From positions 256,001 to 320,000 of the forward strand of contig CAVVXN010000002.1 in assembly GCA_963752285.1 (NCBI GenBank): 64,000 nucleotides of DNA. Reading direction: 5' to 3'. The notes under the pieces were generated by a model. That model searched no databases, had not been told where the DNA came from, and saw only the letters and a program-made list of their open reading frames with translations. The position numbers were made by a program, and so were the translations under genes. Below, one piece after another: positions 29,038-41,904 of this stretch (position 1 is its first letter; each line of letters opens with the position of its first letter). The stretch comes from an uncultured Planctomycetota bacterium (GTDB lineage Bacteria > Planctomycetota > PLA2 > JAEUHO01).

Positions 29038-29952
29038 CTAGAAGTCCACCTCGACTCCCAGGTTCGGCGCGAACGTGAAGATCCAGCGCTTCTGGCCGTC
29101 GTTCGCGGGATCGAACCGCGTGACGTCGGTGTGGTCCGCGTGGACGTCGAGGCCCAACGTGAGCCGGACGTTCTGGGTGACCAGGTATCCGAAGCCGATC
29201 TCCCCGTACGCGCCGAGCCCGCTGTCCTTCGTGAGGTAGTCGCCGGTCCAGAAGTACTCCGGCCCGACACCGAGCCAGTAGTAGAAGCGGCTGTTGTTGT
29301 GGAAGCTCCGCTGCCACGTGAACTTCGCGCCCACGTGGTAGAAGTAGCCGCCGTCCTCCCGCAAGCCGAACAGGGGATCCTGGCGGTCGAACCGGCCGCT
29401 GTTCATGCGGAAGAAGCCGTCGAGGCCCCAGCAGCCGCAGAACGTGCGGCCGAGGTCCACGCCCCAGTATCCGCAGTGGCTCGGCGCATCGGTGCCCGAG
29501 TACAGGGCGTAGCCGAACACGGCCCGCGCGTGCCACATGGAGATGCCGTCCTCGCACGGCAGGCGGCAGCCGGACCAGCAGCGCGCGGCGAGCGGCACGG
29601 CGGGCGCGACCGCGCACGGCGCGGCGTACGAGGGCGGGGTCGTCATGGGGGCGGACATCGCCGGGACCGGCGCGGCGGTGGACCACGCGGGCGCGGCGGT
29701 GTTGGGCGCGGACGGAGGCGGAGGGGGCGGCGGCGCGTCGCCCGCGGTCCGGACGAACCTCGTGGCGCCCTCGTTCGGCAGGGTGGCCTTCTCGACGGCG
29801 GCGGCCGGCGGCAAAGCCGAGGGGCCGCGAACGCGCTTCACGATCGGCGGGGGCAGCGAGCCCTCCGCACCGCCCGCCCGGGCCGGCGAGGCGACGGCGC
29901 CGGCGACGAGCCAGGTGGCGAGCATCGCCCCCGCGAGGCGGATCGGTCGCAT
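29038..29952 (-). CDS. Outer-membrane beta-barrel protein with a Pro/Cys-rich N-terminal region
   Basis: Signal peptide (ASPARA), alternating aromatic strands (YHVGAKFTW, YYWLGVGPEY, YGEIGFGY) and C-terminal LGVEVDF (beta-signal Phe). Confidence 0.72.
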   Translation of the reverse strand: MRPIRLAGAMLATWLVAGAVASPARAGGAEGSLPPPIVKRVRGPSALPPAAAVEKATLPNEGATRFVRTAGDAPPPPPPPSAPNTAAPAWSTAAPVPAMSAPMTTPPSYAAPCAVAPAVPLAARCWSGCRLPCEDGISMWHARAVFGYALYSGTDAPSHCGYWGVDLGRTFCGCWGLDGFFRMNSGRFDRQDPLFGLREDGGYFYHVGAKFTWQRSFHNNSRFYYWLGVGPEYFWTGDYLTKDSGLGAYGEIGFGYLVTQNVRLTLGLDVHADHTDVTRFDPANDGQKRWIFTFAPNLGVEVDF

Positions 29953-30103
29953 GTTGGTCCTCCCTCGACGCGGACCACTCCGCGTGAATCAGACCGGCAG
30001 GGTCCCAGAACCACCTGCATTCGGCAACGGTTCGCTCGCGTCGGCGTCACCGTCCTCGCCGTGTTCTCCTACGATCCTGCGAACAACGAGCGGCTCGCGT
30101 GTC

Positions 30104-30799
30104 ATGGGGCATTCACGGTCCGAATCGAGTCCGGCGTACGAGTCCGGCGGCGACGCGTCCGCGCCCTCGTCGCCGTTCTCGGGTCCGTGGCCCGAGGCGG
30201 CGGACGTCGTGGCGGTCGGCGGGTCGCTGGAACCCGATCTCGTGCTCGACGCGTACGTGCACGGGGTGTTCCCCTTCTACGGCGCGGACCAACCGACGCT
30301 CTGGTGGTGTCCGGACCCGAGGACGGTGATCCCCCTCGGCGCGTTCCACGTCCCGAGACGCCTGGCGCGAACGATCGGGACGCGCGACTACGAGGTGCGC
30401 GTGGACACGTCGTTCGAGGCGGTCGTACGCGCGTGTGACGAGGGCCGGCCCGACGGGTCGTGGATCCACGAGGACATGGTCCGCTGCTACGTGGAGCTCC
30501 ACCGTCGCGGGCACGCGCACGCGCTGGAGGTATGGCGCGGTCCTCGCCTCGTCGGCGGACTCTACGGCGTCACGGTGGGCGGCTGCTTCGCGGCCGAGTC
30601 GATGTTCCACCGCGAGCGCGACATGTCGAAGGTGGCCCTCGCGCACCTCGTCGGGCGACTTCGCGTGCGGGGATTCACGCTGCTCGACGTGCAGTTCCTG
30701 ACGCCGCACCTCGCGCGCTTCGGCGCGGTCGAGATCCCGCGGACGCGCTACCTGGGACGCCTCGCGGCCGTACGCGCCGACCCCGTGACCTTCGCGTGA
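30104..30799 (+). CDS. aat: Leucyl/phenylalanyl-tRNA--protein transferase
   Basis: AYVHGVFP, WWCPDPR, LHRRGHAH, LVGGLYGV, ESMFH, SKVAL and HLARFGA. Confidence 0.95.
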   Translation: MGHSRSESSPAYESGGDASAPSSPFSGPWPEAADVVAVGGSLEPDLVLDAYVHGVFPFYGADQPTLWWCPDPRTVIPLGAFHVPRRLARTIGTRDYEVRVDTSFEAVVRACDEGRPDGSWIHEDMVRCYVELHRRGHAHALEVWRGPRLVGGLYGVTVGGCFAAESMFHRERDMSKVALAHLVGRLRVRGFTLLDVQFLTPHLARFGAVEIPRTRYLGRLAAVRADPVTFA

Positions 30800-30805
30800 G
30801 CCGGC

Positions 30806-31243
30806 TCAGCGCTCGTTCGCGATGCGAATCCGGGCGCGGGCGCTCGCGAGGGCGCGGTCGCGCGCCTCGAAGGCCTCCGGCGTCGTCGGCACGCGCGCGA
30901 GCGCCGCGGCGAGGTCTTGCTGCGCCACCGCGGCGTCCACGCGCGCCGCCGGCTGGGCCCGCTCCGCGAGGACCGTCACGGTGCCGTCGAACGTCTGCAC
31001 GACGCCGCCCTCGAGGAACCAGCGCTGCCACGCGGGCCCGTCGGGCCGGATCCGGAGCTCGCCCGCGCCCAGGCGGGCCACGAAGGGGGCGTGGCCCGGC
31101 AGGAACTCCACCTGCCCGTCGTGCGCGGGCACGATGACCGCCTCGGCGAGCCCGTCGTAGACCGGTCCTTCGGGGGTGAACACGCCGACGAGAAGGTGCC
31201 CGGGCGGCGCGCTGACGGGGGGGGGAGAGGCCGGGGGCTCCAC
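30806..31243 (-). CDS. atpC: F1 ATP synthase epsilon subunit
   Basis: VFTPEG, VPAHDGQVEFLPGHAPF, FLEGG and VTVLAE. Last gene of the atp operon. Confidence 0.92.
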   Translation of the reverse strand: MEPPASPPPVSAPPGHLLVGVFTPEGPVYDGLAEAVIVPAHDGQVEFLPGHAPFVARLGAGELRIRPDGPAWQRWFLEGGVVQTFDGTVTVLAERAQPAARVDAAVAQQDLAAALARVPTTPEAFEARDRALASARARIRIANER

Positions 31244-31245
31244 GG

Positions 31246-33627
<2,382 letters not shown>

Positions 33628-35157
33628 TCAGGCCGCCGCGGTGCCCAGGAAGCTCTTCGTGAAGCCGTCGAGGACGCGACGCAGGTCGCTCTCGACCTCC
33701 TCCGTCAGCGCCTTCGATGCGTCGAGGCGGTCCCAGAGATCCTGGTGGCTGGTGTGCACGTGATCGAGCAGGGCGGCCTCGTATTCGCGGACGCGGCCGA
33801 GCGGCACGGCGTCGAGGAAGCCGCCCGCCGCCGCGTAGATCACCACGACCTGGTCGATGACGTGCATCGGCTTGAACTGCCCCTGCTTCAGGATCTCGAC
33901 CATCCGGCGGCCCCGGTCGATTTGTGCCTGCGTGGCCTTGTCGAGCTCGGTTCCGAGCTGCGCGAAGGCCTCGAGCTCGCGAAACGCGGCGAGCGAGAGG
34001 CGCAGGCCGCCGGCCACCTTGCGGTGCTTCATGGCCTTCACCTGCGCGGCGCCGCCCACGCGGCTGACCGAGATGCCGACGTCCACGGCGGGCCGCACGC
34101 CCGCGCGGAAGAGGTCGGGCAGGAGGTAGATCTGACCGTCCGTGATCGAGATCACGTTCGTCGGGATGTACGCCGAGACCTCGCCTTCCTGCGTCTCGAT
34201 GATCGGGAGCGCGGTGAGCGAACCGCCCCCGAGGTCGTCGGAGAGCTTCACGGCTCGCTCGAGGAGGCGGCTGTGCAGGTAGAAGACGTCGCCCGGATAC
34301 GCCTCGCGTCCCGGCGGCCGCCGGAGCAGGAGGGAGATCTGTCGGTACGCGACGGCTTGCTTCGTGAGGTCGTCGTAGACGCAGAGCGTGTGCCGCTTGT
34401 GCTGGTACATGAGGTGCTCGGCCATCGTGCACCCCGCGTACGGCGCGATGTACTGGAGCGAGGCCGGGTACGCGGCCGATGCGTTGACCACGACCGTGTA
34501 GTCCATCGCGCCCGCGCGGCGCAGATCCTCGACGACCTGCACGACGGTGGACTCCTTCTGGCCGATCGCGACGTAGAAGCAGATCACGTCGTGGCCGCGC
34601 TGGTTGATGATCGTGTCGATCGCGATCGCCGTCTTCCCGGTCTTCCGGTCGCCGATGATCAGCTCGCGCTGGCCCCGACCGATGGGGGTCATCGAGTCGA
34701 TCGCCTTGATGCCGGTCTGGAGCGGCTCCTTCACGGGCTGGCGGTCCGCGATGCCGGGCGCGATGAGCTCCACGGGCCTCGTCGTCTCGCCGCGGATCTC
34801 GCCCTTGCCGTCGAGGGGGCGGCCCAGCGGGTCGACGACGCGACCGACGAGCTCGAGACCCACGGGAACCTCGAGGAGGTTGCCGGTGCGGTGCACCGAC
34901 ATGCCTTCCTGCAGGGTCTTGTAGTCTCCGAGCACGACCGCTCCGATCGAGCCCTCCTCCAGGTTGAACACCTGGGCGCGCACGCCGTTCTCGAACTCGA
35001 TCATCTCGCCCGCGGCCGCGCGGTCGAGCCCGTAGATGCGTGCGATGCCGTCGCCGACCTCGAGGAGGGTGCCGACCTCGGCCACGTCGGCCTGGGTCCG
35101 GAACTCCTCCAGCTCCTTCTTGAGGACGGAGGTGATCTCCTCAGGATTGAACCGCAT
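33628..35157 (-). CDS. atpA: F1 ATP synthase alpha subunit
   Basis: [27 protein letters not shown] and [20 protein letters not shown]. Confidence 0.98.
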   Translation of the reverse strand: MRFNPEEITSVLKKELEEFRTQADVAEVGTLLEVGDGIARIYGLDRAAAGEMIEFENGVRAQVFNLEEGSIGAVVLGDYKTLQEGMSVHRTGNLLEVPVGLELVGRVVDPLGRPLDGKGEIRGETTRPVELIAPGIADRQPVKEPLQTGIKAIDSMTPIGRGQRELIIGDRKTGKTAIAIDTIINQRGHDVICFYVAIGQKESTVVQVVEDLRRAGAMDYTVVVNASAAYPASLQYIAPYAGCTMAEHLMYQHKRHTLCVYDDLTKQAVAYRQISLLLRRPPGREAYPGDVFYLHSRLLERAVKLSDDLGGGSLTALPIIETQEGEVSAYIPTNVISITDGQIYLLPDLFRAGVRPAVDVGISVSRVGGAAQVKAMKHRKVAGGLRLSLAAFRELEAFAQLGTELDKATQAQIDRGRRMVEILKQGQFKPMHVIDQVVVIYAAAGGFLDAVPLGRVREYEAALLDHVHTSHQDLWDRLDASKALTEEVESDLRRVLDGFTKSFLGTAAA

Positions 35158-35716
35158 GCTGCCTTCTCCCTCGCACGCGCCGGCCGATCTCGGCCAGCAT
35201 CCGGCGTCCGCTCAGGTCGAGCACGAGGTCGCCGACGCGGAGCGTCGCGCCCGCCACGAGCTCGGGCTTCACGTGATGTTCGAGAACGGGCTCCTGGCGC
35301 AGCGCCGCGCGGAGCCGATCGGTCCACAGTCGGAGGTGCTCCTCCGACGCGGGGGTCGCCGTGTTGAGCGTCACGGGCACGCGATCGAGGCGGACGTCCG
35401 TCCAGACCTCGTACGCCACCGCCACGCGGTCGAGCAGGCGCGCGCGGCCGTGGTCCAGGAGGAGTCGGACGAAGTCCCCGAGGAGAGGGGGGAGCCCCGC
35501 GAGGAGCCGATCGAGCGACTGCGCCTTCTCCTCCTGCTTCACCATCGCGGAGAGGAAGTACGCGCGGAGCGTCCTCTGGTCGGCCCAGGCCCCGCCGAGC
35601 GCGGCGAGGGCCTCGCCGACCTCGCGCACGAGCGCCTCGCCGCCGCGCTCGTCGGCGACCTGCCCGAGCGCGGCGGCGTACACCGCCGCGAGCGGTTCGA
35701 CCCGTCGTCGGCTCAC
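35141..35716 (-). CDS. atpH: ATP synthase delta subunit
   Basis: VYAAAL and [19 protein letters not shown]. Lies between atpF and atpA. Confidence 0.88.
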   Translation of the reverse strand: MSRRRVEPLAAVYAAALGQVADERGGEALVREVGEALAALGGAWADQRTLRAYFLSAMVKQEEKAQSLDRLLAGLPPLLGDFVRLLLDHGRARLLDRVAVAYEVWTDVRLDRVPVTLNTATPASEEHLRLWTDRLRAALRQEPVLEHHVKPELVAGATLRVGDLVLDLSGRRMLAEIGRRVRGRRQHAVQS

Positions 35717-36342
35717 GTGGCGCTCCGATGGCGGTCGCGTTCGAACGCGCCGACGACCTCGTCCACGAGGTCCGCGTTGTCCTCCGGCGTCAGCTGTCGC
35801 CGGACGATCTTGGACGCCGCCTCGGTGGCGAGCGCCGTCACGTCGGAGAGGATCCGGTCGTAGGCGTCGTCCGCCGCTTGCCGGACGTCCCGCACGGCCC
35901 GGGCGGTCGTCTCCTCCGCCTGCCGGCGGGCTTCGGCCTCGATGCGCTGCGCGACGACCTCGGCGGCCCGCTTCCCCTCCTCGGCGATCTGCCGGGCCTT
36001 CTCGGTCGCCTCGTCCAGACGGCTCCGGTACTCGGCCGCGAGGGCCCGGGCTTCGGCGTTGGCGCGCTCGGCGTCGTCCACGGCCTTCTTGATCACGTCC
36101 TCGCGCCGCTGGAGGCCCGTCAGGATGGGCTTCCACGCGAGCTTCGTGAGCACGACCAGCAGCACGAGGAACGTGACGATCGCCGCGACCATCGACGGCA
36201 GGTCGAGGTTCGCGGAGATCAGGTCGGGCTCCGACGAGGCCGCCGGTGCGCCGGCGTCGCCGGCCGCGGGGGGCTCGGCGAAGGCGGGCGCGACGACGAA
36301 GACGGCCAGCAGGAGCCACAGCACGAGCGGCCGGGTCCACAT
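35713..36342 (-). CDS. atpF: Fo subunit b, with an N-terminal signal-like extension
   Basis: FLVLLVVLTKLAWKPILTGLQRRE followed by a coiled coil. Confidence 0.92.
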   Translation of the reverse strand: MWTRPLVLWLLLAVFVVAPAFAEPPAAGDAGAPAASSEPDLISANLDLPSMVAAIVTFLVLLVVLTKLAWKPILTGLQRREDVIKKAVDDAERANAEARALAAEYRSRLDEATEKARQIAEEGKRAAEVVAQRIEAEARRQAEETTARAVRDVRQAADDAYDRILSDVTALATEAASKIVRRQLTPEDNADLVDEVVGAFERDRHRSAT

Positions 36343-36425
36343 GGGGAAGGTCTCCTCGATCGGACGGGGGGCACGACGACCCGGCCCCGCCCCCGGACGG
36401 GGAGCGGGCCGAGCGCCGATCCGGC

Positions 36426-36695
36426 CTACTTCAGGATGATCATCAGGACCAGCGCGAAGAAGGTGAACCCCTCGATCAGCGCCGCCGTGATGATCATCGA
36501 CGTGAAGATGCCGGGCCGCGCCTCGGGCTGGCGCGCGATCGCCTCGACCGCGTTGGCGCCGATCATGCCGATGCCCTTCGCGGCGCCGATCACGACCAGG
36601 CCCGCGCCGATGGCCAGGCCGAGCGTGCCGAGCTCATTACCACCAACCACCTCGCCGGCGGCGAGGATGCCACTCATGATCGGGATCCAACCCAT
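36426..36695 (-). CDS. atpE: Fo subunit c (probably H+-type)
   Basis: GAGLVVIGAAKGIG, ARQPEA and AALIEGF. It lacks the Na+-type E-S/T signature. Confidence 0.95.
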   Translation of the reverse strand: MGWIPIMSGILAAGEVVGGNELGTLGLAIGAGLVVIGAAKGIGMIGANAVEAIARQPEARPGIFTSMIITAALIEGFTFFALVLMIILK

Positions 36696-36769
36696 GTCCG
36701 GGACTCCTACGGGGTGCGCTCGGGAGCGCGGTCGAAACGGGAACGGGGCCGACCGGGCGGCGGACCTTC

Positions 36770-37600
36770 CTAGTGGTCCACGTGGATCGCCAGGCCGACG
36801 AAGACGATGGTCAGGAACGTGAAGATGTAGGCCTGGAGGAACGCGACGAGCACCTCCAGGAGGTCGATGAACACGGCGCCGAGGATCGAGGCCGCCGTGA
36901 TGCCCAGGTGCGCGCCGCCCGCGGTCAGGCCCACGGCGGCGAACCCGAGGAGCACGGTGATCACGACGTGGCCCGCGATCATGTTCGCGAACAGGCGGAT
37001 GGCCAGCGCGAACGCCTTGATGAACGAGCCCAGGATCTCGATCGGGATCAGGAAGATGGACAGGAGGAAGGGGGCGTGGCCGAAGAAGAAGTTGTGCCAG
37101 TAGCGCCCTACGCCCTGCTCCCGCATGCCCGAGAGGTGGATCAGCACGAACGAGCAGGCCGCGAGGCCGCCCGTGATCGAGAAGTTGCCCGTCGCCGTAC
37201 CCCCGAGGTGGGCGAGGTGCGCGTCGATCCCCTGGGCCGCGGCGCCGATCGGGATCATCCCGAGCAGGTTCGCGGTGAGGATCAGGAGGAAGACCGTCCA
37301 GATGTACGCGATGTAGCCGTCGGTCGCGTGGCCGAGCACCGGCCGAGCCATGTCCTCGCGCACGTACTGCAACACGGCCTCGACGAGGTTTCGGAAGCCC
37401 CGCGGGACGATCCCCTCCGCGCGCGCCGCGATGGGCATCAGGATCGCCAGGAGCACGGCGCTCGCGACGAGCATCACGACGTGGTTCGTGAACGTGTAGC
37501 CGCCGATCCGTCCGAGCTCGTGCGGCATGATGTGCTCGAGCGGGTTCCCGGCCGCGCCCAGGAGGAGCGGCGGGAAGGTGGGCGGGACGGGGAAGCTCAT
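36770..37600 (-). CDS. atpB: Fo subunit a
   Basis: NLLGMIP, TATGN, ALAIRLFANMIAGH and LQAYIFTFLT. Confidence 0.96.
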   Translation of the reverse strand: MSFPVPPTFPPLLLGAAGNPLEHIMPHELGRIGGYTFTNHVVMLVASAVLLAILMPIAARAEGIVPRGFRNLVEAVLQYVREDMARPVLGHATDGYIAYIWTVFLLILTANLLGMIPIGAAAQGIDAHLAHLGGTATGNFSITGGLAACSFVLIHLSGMREQGVGRYWHNFFFGHAPFLLSIFLIPIEILGSFIKAFALAIRLFANMIAGHVVITVLLGFAAVGLTAGGAHLGITAASILGAVFIDLLEVLVAFLQAYIFTFLTIVFVGLAIHVDH

Positions 37601-38025
37601 CTCGTCGGGGCTCCGTCGGGGTGCTCTCGGCGGGACGGGGGAGGGTCGGTGGCACGGCGGCCGAGGGCCGCGAGCTCCCTGACCTCCAGAGCGAGCACGG
37701 AAAGGTAGATGAGAACCAGCCCGATGGCCACGGGCTCCCGAGGGATCGGTACGGCGAAGAGGAGGACCGAGGCCAGGACGAGGGTGGAGAGGAGGCGGAT
37801 CCCCATCCCCGCGATGGCCCCGTTCACGAGCGCGCCGGGCTCGGGGCCGACCCAGCAAAACGGGAGGCGCCCGAGGACCGAGCCCACCGTGGCCGCCGTG
37901 CCCCCCAGCGCGAGGCCGAGGGCGGCCCGCGGCCCCCCGATCTCCCACGCGACCGCGGAGCCGAGGAGGACCTCGCCCGCCGCCAGGGGGACGTGGGGCC
38001 CGAGGATGCGGGGGGCGTTCGCCAT
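37597..38025 (-). CDS. ATP synthase I-like membrane protein
   Basis: Four hydrophobic segments. Its stop overlaps the atpB start (ATGA). Confidence 0.65.
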   Translation of the reverse strand: MANAPRILGPHVPLAAGEVLLGSAVAWEIGGPRAALGLALGGTAATVGSVLGRLPFCWVGPEPGALVNGAIAGMGIRLLSTLVLASVLLFAVPIPREPVAIGLVLIYLSVLALEVRELAALGRRATDPPPSRREHPDGAPTR

Positions 38026-38053
38026 GGCCGCGCGCGGCCCCGGCCGCGCCTCC

Positions 38054-38335
38054 CTACTCTCGTCTTCCCAGGTCTCGGAGGAGGGCGCGGACCATCAGGT
38101 ACACCCCCACGAGGACACCCAGCATCGCGCCGGCGACGGACAGCCAGGGGTCCGTTCCCAGGTTCGCATCGAGCCAACGCCCACCAAGGAAGAACAACAC
38201 CACGGACACTGCGAACTCGAAACCGATCGCGGACCACGCACCGATCCGCGCGAACGCGGAGGCGGACCGTTCGAAGGGCAGATCGGGGCGCTGGTACGGC
38301 GGGGGCGGGGGCGGGGGGGGATCTTGGCCTTCCAC
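38054..38335 (-). CDS. AtpZ/AtpI family protein
   Basis: GFEFAVSV..GGRWLDANLGTDPW..G..LG motif. First gene of the atp operon. Confidence 0.85.
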   Translation of the reverse strand: MEGQDPPPPPPPPYQRPDLPFERSASAFARIGAWSAIGFEFAVSVVLFFLGGRWLDANLGTDPWLSVAGAMLGVLVGVYLMVRALLRDLGRRE

Positions 38336-38511
38336 GGGGTACGAGTCTAGCCGGCGTGACCCGTGACGCGTGCGACGTGTTCGACGCAAGGCCCGACGGA
38401 TACGCGAGTTGCGCCCGATCTCCTCCCCGAGGGCTCCTGGGACCCGTGGGCCTCCCCCGCGGAGATCCGCCGCCACCGGGCCGCGATCGCCATCGGTAGG
38501 ATGGTCCGACC

Positions 38512-39483
38512 GTGCGCCGGCTATTCGACTTCGTCGTCTTCCAGGGCGTACTCCTCGTGGAGTTCCTCGCCCGCAGCCTCTCGCCGCAAGCCGCGGCCGG
38601 GATGGCGGAGGCGTGCGGACGCGTCTGGTACTGGGTGGACGGCCGGCGCCGCGCGCGCGCCCGCGAGAGCCTGCGCATCGCGCGGGCGGGCGGTCTGGCG
38701 GTCTCGGACCCCGAGGCGCTCGTCAAGGCGAGCCTCGGCTCTCTCATGTGGGTCCCGCTCGAGGTGATGACGTTCCCGCGGTACCTGCGGACCGCGCGGG
38801 ACGCGATCGACCGCTGCCGCTTCTACGGGGACTGGGCCGGCTTTGCCCGCGACCTCGCGGCGGGGCGCGGCGGGGTCGTCCTCGCGGGACACCTCGGGAG
38901 CTGGGAGCTCGCCGGGTGGGTGCTGCGGTTCCTCCACGTGAACGTGCGCGTCGTGGCGAGGCCCATCGAGAACCCCTGGATCGACCGCCGCGCGGTCGGA
39001 GCGCGGGGCGGTCGGTCCCGCGTCATCACGAAGCGCGGCGCCGTGCGGGAGATGGTCCGCACGCTCCGGGAGGGCGGCTGGCTCGGGATCGTCGCCGACC
39101 AGAACGCCGGGACCGGCGGGCGCTTCGTGGAGTTCTTCGGGCTCGAGGCCAGCACGTACGCCGCCCCCGCGGTGGTGGCCCTGCGCGCCGGGGTGCCGGT
39201 CTGGGCGGCGGCCTGCCTGCGGCGGAAGCACCCCCCCTTCACGTACGAGCTCCGGTTGCGCCGGCTCCCCGACCGGCGCCCGGACGCCACCGAGCCCGAG
39301 GCCACCCAGGCCGTCCTGCGCGCGTACCACGAGGCCCTCGAGGGCTGGATCCGGCTCGCGCCGGAGCAGTACAACTGGGTGCACCGGCGCTGGAAGACCC
39401 GTCCGGAGGGGGAGCGGGCGGGGCCCCGGGTCCCGCGCTACGACCGCCGGAGTCTCACCGCCCGGGCCGGCTCCCCGGTCTGA
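38512..39483 (+). CDS. Lipid A acyltransferase (LpxL/HtrB family)
   Basis: GHLGSWE, ADQNAG, FVEFFG and PEQYNWVHRRWK. Confidence 0.9.
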   Translation: MRRLFDFVVFQGVLLVEFLARSLSPQAAAGMAEACGRVWYWVDGRRRARARESLRIARAGGLAVSDPEALVKASLGSLMWVPLEVMTFPRYLRTARDAIDRCRFYGDWAGFARDLAAGRGGVVLAGHLGSWELAGWVLRFLHVNVRVVARPIENPWIDRRAVGARGGRSRVITKRGAVREMVRTLREGGWLGIVADQNAGTGGRFVEFFGLEASTYAAPAVVALRAGVPVWAAACLRRKHPPFTYELRLRRLPDRRPDATEPEATQAVLRAYHEALEGWIRLAPEQYNWVHRRWKTRPEGERAGPRVPRYDRRSLTARAGSPV

Positions 39484-39582
39484 GCCGCCGCCGGGCGCTT
39501 CAGTACGGCACCTCCCGGCGCCGATGGGGGGACGCCCGCTCCCCGGTCGGATCCGCGCCGGCCCGGAACCTGCGGAGGTCTC

Positions 39583-40851
39583 GTGCGACGCCTCCTCCTC
39601 GGCGCAACCCTCGGGGTCGCCCTCCTGTGGCTCGCCCCCGCCGCCCTCGCGGGCGAGTGGGTGGACGGCGACGGCTATCGGTTCCGCCTCCCCACGGGTT
39701 TCGCCCCCGTGGACCAGGCCCAGGTGGACCGCGGCATGCTCAAGGCCTCCATGTCGTTCGACGGCATGCGGGGCGTGAAGGGCCTCGAGCTCGAGGCGCG
39801 GGCATTCGGCCGCGACATCGGCTCGAAGACCGAGGCCGCGATCTTCCTCCTCCGCATGACCGTGGACGGCGACGTGCCGGATCCGGTCCGCGCGGCGCTC
39901 GAGCCGCACGCCCTCGAGCAGGCGTTCACGCGCTCGTTCGAGCAGCAGGCGGAGCAAGCGGGGCTCGGCGGCGTCGCCGTCGAGCACGTGCGGACGATCG
40001 CGCTCGGCGCCGGTCGTGAGGCCGTGGAGATGGTGCTCTCCTCGACCGACCCGCTCCAGGGCGACCAGGTCGTGCGCATGGCGATCGCCGACCACGGCGC
40101 CGACGTCTACTTCCTCGTACTGGCCGGCCACGCCTCCTCGCGGGAGGACGACGACGGCGCGTGGACGACCTTCACGACGAGCGTGCGTCTCTCCGACCGC
40201 GGCGGCTTCCTCGCGGTCGTCGTCCGGTACTGGCCGTTCCTCGCCGGGGGGCTCCTGCTCGGGCTCGGGCTGCTCCTCCTCCGCCGCGCCGGGTCCGAGG
40301 ACCGGCTGGCGCCGCGGTACGCGTCGCGAGAGGTGGGCGGCGGGTTCTCCCGCGCCGCCGACGGCCTGCCCACGTACGACGAGGCCGCCCCGCCGCCCCC
40401 GGGCGTGCAGGAGTTCGGGGGCCGCCGCGTCGTCACGAGTCGCACCGTGATCGCGCCGGAGTCGCTCGACGACGTCCCGACGCCGCCGCGCGCGCCGGCG
40501 CCGGCGCCGGGCTCGCCCTGGGCGCCCGTCGTGCAGCCGATCCTCGCGGAGAGGCCGGAGGACCCGGCCGCGCCCGAGCCGGTCGCGGTCCCGGAGCCCC
40601 CTGCCTCCGACGAGCCCCTGCACCCGTGGGGCGGGATGGTGGACCACGAGCACCTGACCACGCGGACCGTCCACACCGTGAAGCCGCATCCGGCCGGCGA
40701 GTTCCCCGAGGAGGAACTCGGGGACGCGCTGGACCGCACGCTGCCGACCGATGTCGCGCGCCGCGCGCCGCGGGAGGCCGAGGCGGAGACCCAGGAGTCC
40801 GGCCGCCCGGGCCTGAAGATCCAGCGGAACGCGGACTACGCGTCGTCCTGA
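39583..40851 (+). CDS. Hypothetical bitopic membrane protein (exported domain, TM, Pro-rich tail)
   Basis: Signal peptide (PAALA), a central TM (WPFLAGGLLLGLGLLLL) and SD GGAGG. Confidence 0.7.
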   Translation: MRRLLLGATLGVALLWLAPAALAGEWVDGDGYRFRLPTGFAPVDQAQVDRGMLKASMSFDGMRGVKGLELEARAFGRDIGSKTEAAIFLLRMTVDGDVPDPVRAALEPHALEQAFTRSFEQQAEQAGLGGVAVEHVRTIALGAGREAVEMVLSSTDPLQGDQVVRMAIADHGADVYFLVLAGHASSREDDDGAWTTFTTSVRLSDRGGFLAVVVRYWPFLAGGLLLGLGLLLLRRAGSEDRLAPRYASREVGGGFSRAADGLPTYDEAAPPPPGVQEFGGRRVVTSRTVIAPESLDDVPTPPRAPAPAPGSPWAPVVQPILAERPEDPAAPEPVAVPEPPASDEPLHPWGGMVDHEHLTTRTVHTVKPHPAGEFPEEELGDALDRTLPTDVARRAPREAEAETQESGRPGLKIQRNADYASS

Positions 40852-40917
40852 CCCGAGCCGGGCGTGGACGGCGTGGGATCGGCGTCGCGGCGCGCGTGAA
40901 GTAGCATCGCGCTCCTC

Positions 40918-41904
40918 GTGCCGCCCCCGCCCCCCGATCGACCTCCGCCCGATCCCGCGCCGCCGTTCGACCGGAGTCGGTTCGTGCCGCGCCCCCTCGC
41001 GGGGCGGCCGCACCGCGCGCGGGTGGAGGGGTTCGCCCGCCCCGTGGGGACCGGGGCGACGGCCGCGGAGCTGCTGGCCTCGCTGCCCGACCAGCTCGGC
41101 GCGCGGTCCCTCCGCCTGCTCGCGGCGCGGATCGCGGGCGCGCGGCGGGCCGGTCGGCCGGTGGTCTGGGGCCTCGGCGGACACGTGGTGAAGGTCGGCG
41201 TCGGGCCGCTCCTCCTCGACCTCCTCGACCGGGGTTTCGTGCAGGGGCTCGCGATGAACGGCGCCGCCGCGATCCACGACGCGGAGGTCGCGATCCACGG
41301 CAGCACGAGCGAGGACGTCGGGGCGGGCCTGCTCGAGGGCCGGTACGGGAACGCCGACGAGACGGGCGTGCTCTTCGGCGCGGCGGCACGGCGCGCGGTC
41401 GAGACGGGCGAGGGCCTCGGCACCGCGCTCGCGCGTACGCTCGACGAGCAAAGGCCGCCCCACGGCGACCTCTCGCTCCTCGTCGGCGCCGCCCGGGCCG
41501 GCGTGCCCGTCACCGTCCACGTGGCCATCGGCACCGACACCGTGCACATGCACCCCGCGTGCGACGGTGCGGACCTCGGCGCGGCGACGCACCGCGACTT
41601 CCTCCGCCTCGCGACGCTCGTGGAGGGGCTGGACGAGGGCGTGTACGTGAACGTGGGGAGCGCGGTGGTGCTCCCGGAGGTGTTCCTGAAGGCGGTCGCG
41701 CTCGTCCACAACGCGCGCGCGGCGACGGGCGCGCCCCCCCTCCGGATCGTGACGGGCAACCTCGACATGCTCCGGCACTACCGGCCTCGTGTGAACGTGC
41801 TCGAACGGCCGGCGGCCGAGGGCTACGACGTCGCGGGTCACCACGAGATCGTGGTGCCCCTGCTGCGCGTCGCGATCCTGTCCGCCGCGGAGGCGTCGGC
41901 ATGA
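40918..41904 (+). CDS. Conserved protein with a deoxyhypusine-synthase-like fold (GSU2086-like, recalled from memory)
   Basis: WGLGGHVVKVG, MNGAAAIHD, TVHVAIGTDTVHMHP, NVGSAVVLPEVFLKA and GHHEI. Coupled to hldE. Confidence 0.7.
   Translation: MPPPPPDRPPPDPAPPFDRSRFVPRPLAGRPHRARVEGFARPVGTGATAAELLASLPDQLGARSLRLLAARIAGARRAGRPVVWGLGGHVVKVGVGPLLLDLLDRGFVQGLAMNGAAAIHDAEVAIHGSTSEDVGAGLLEGRYGNADETGVLFGAAARRAVETGEGLGTALARTLDEQRPPHGDLSLLVGAARAGVPVTVHVAIGTDTVHMHPACDGADLGAATHRDFLRLATLVEGLDEGVYVNVGSAVVLPEVFLKAVALVHNARAATGAPPLRIVTGNLDMLRHYRPRVNVLERPAAEGYDVAGHHEIVVPLLRVAILSAAEASA

Noticed and set aside
38296..38320. G-rich runs (also near 31217-31225), considered as phase-variation tracts or G-quadruplexes
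   Set aside because: They encode poly-Pro N-terminal tails of atp genes on the minus strand, with frames intact.
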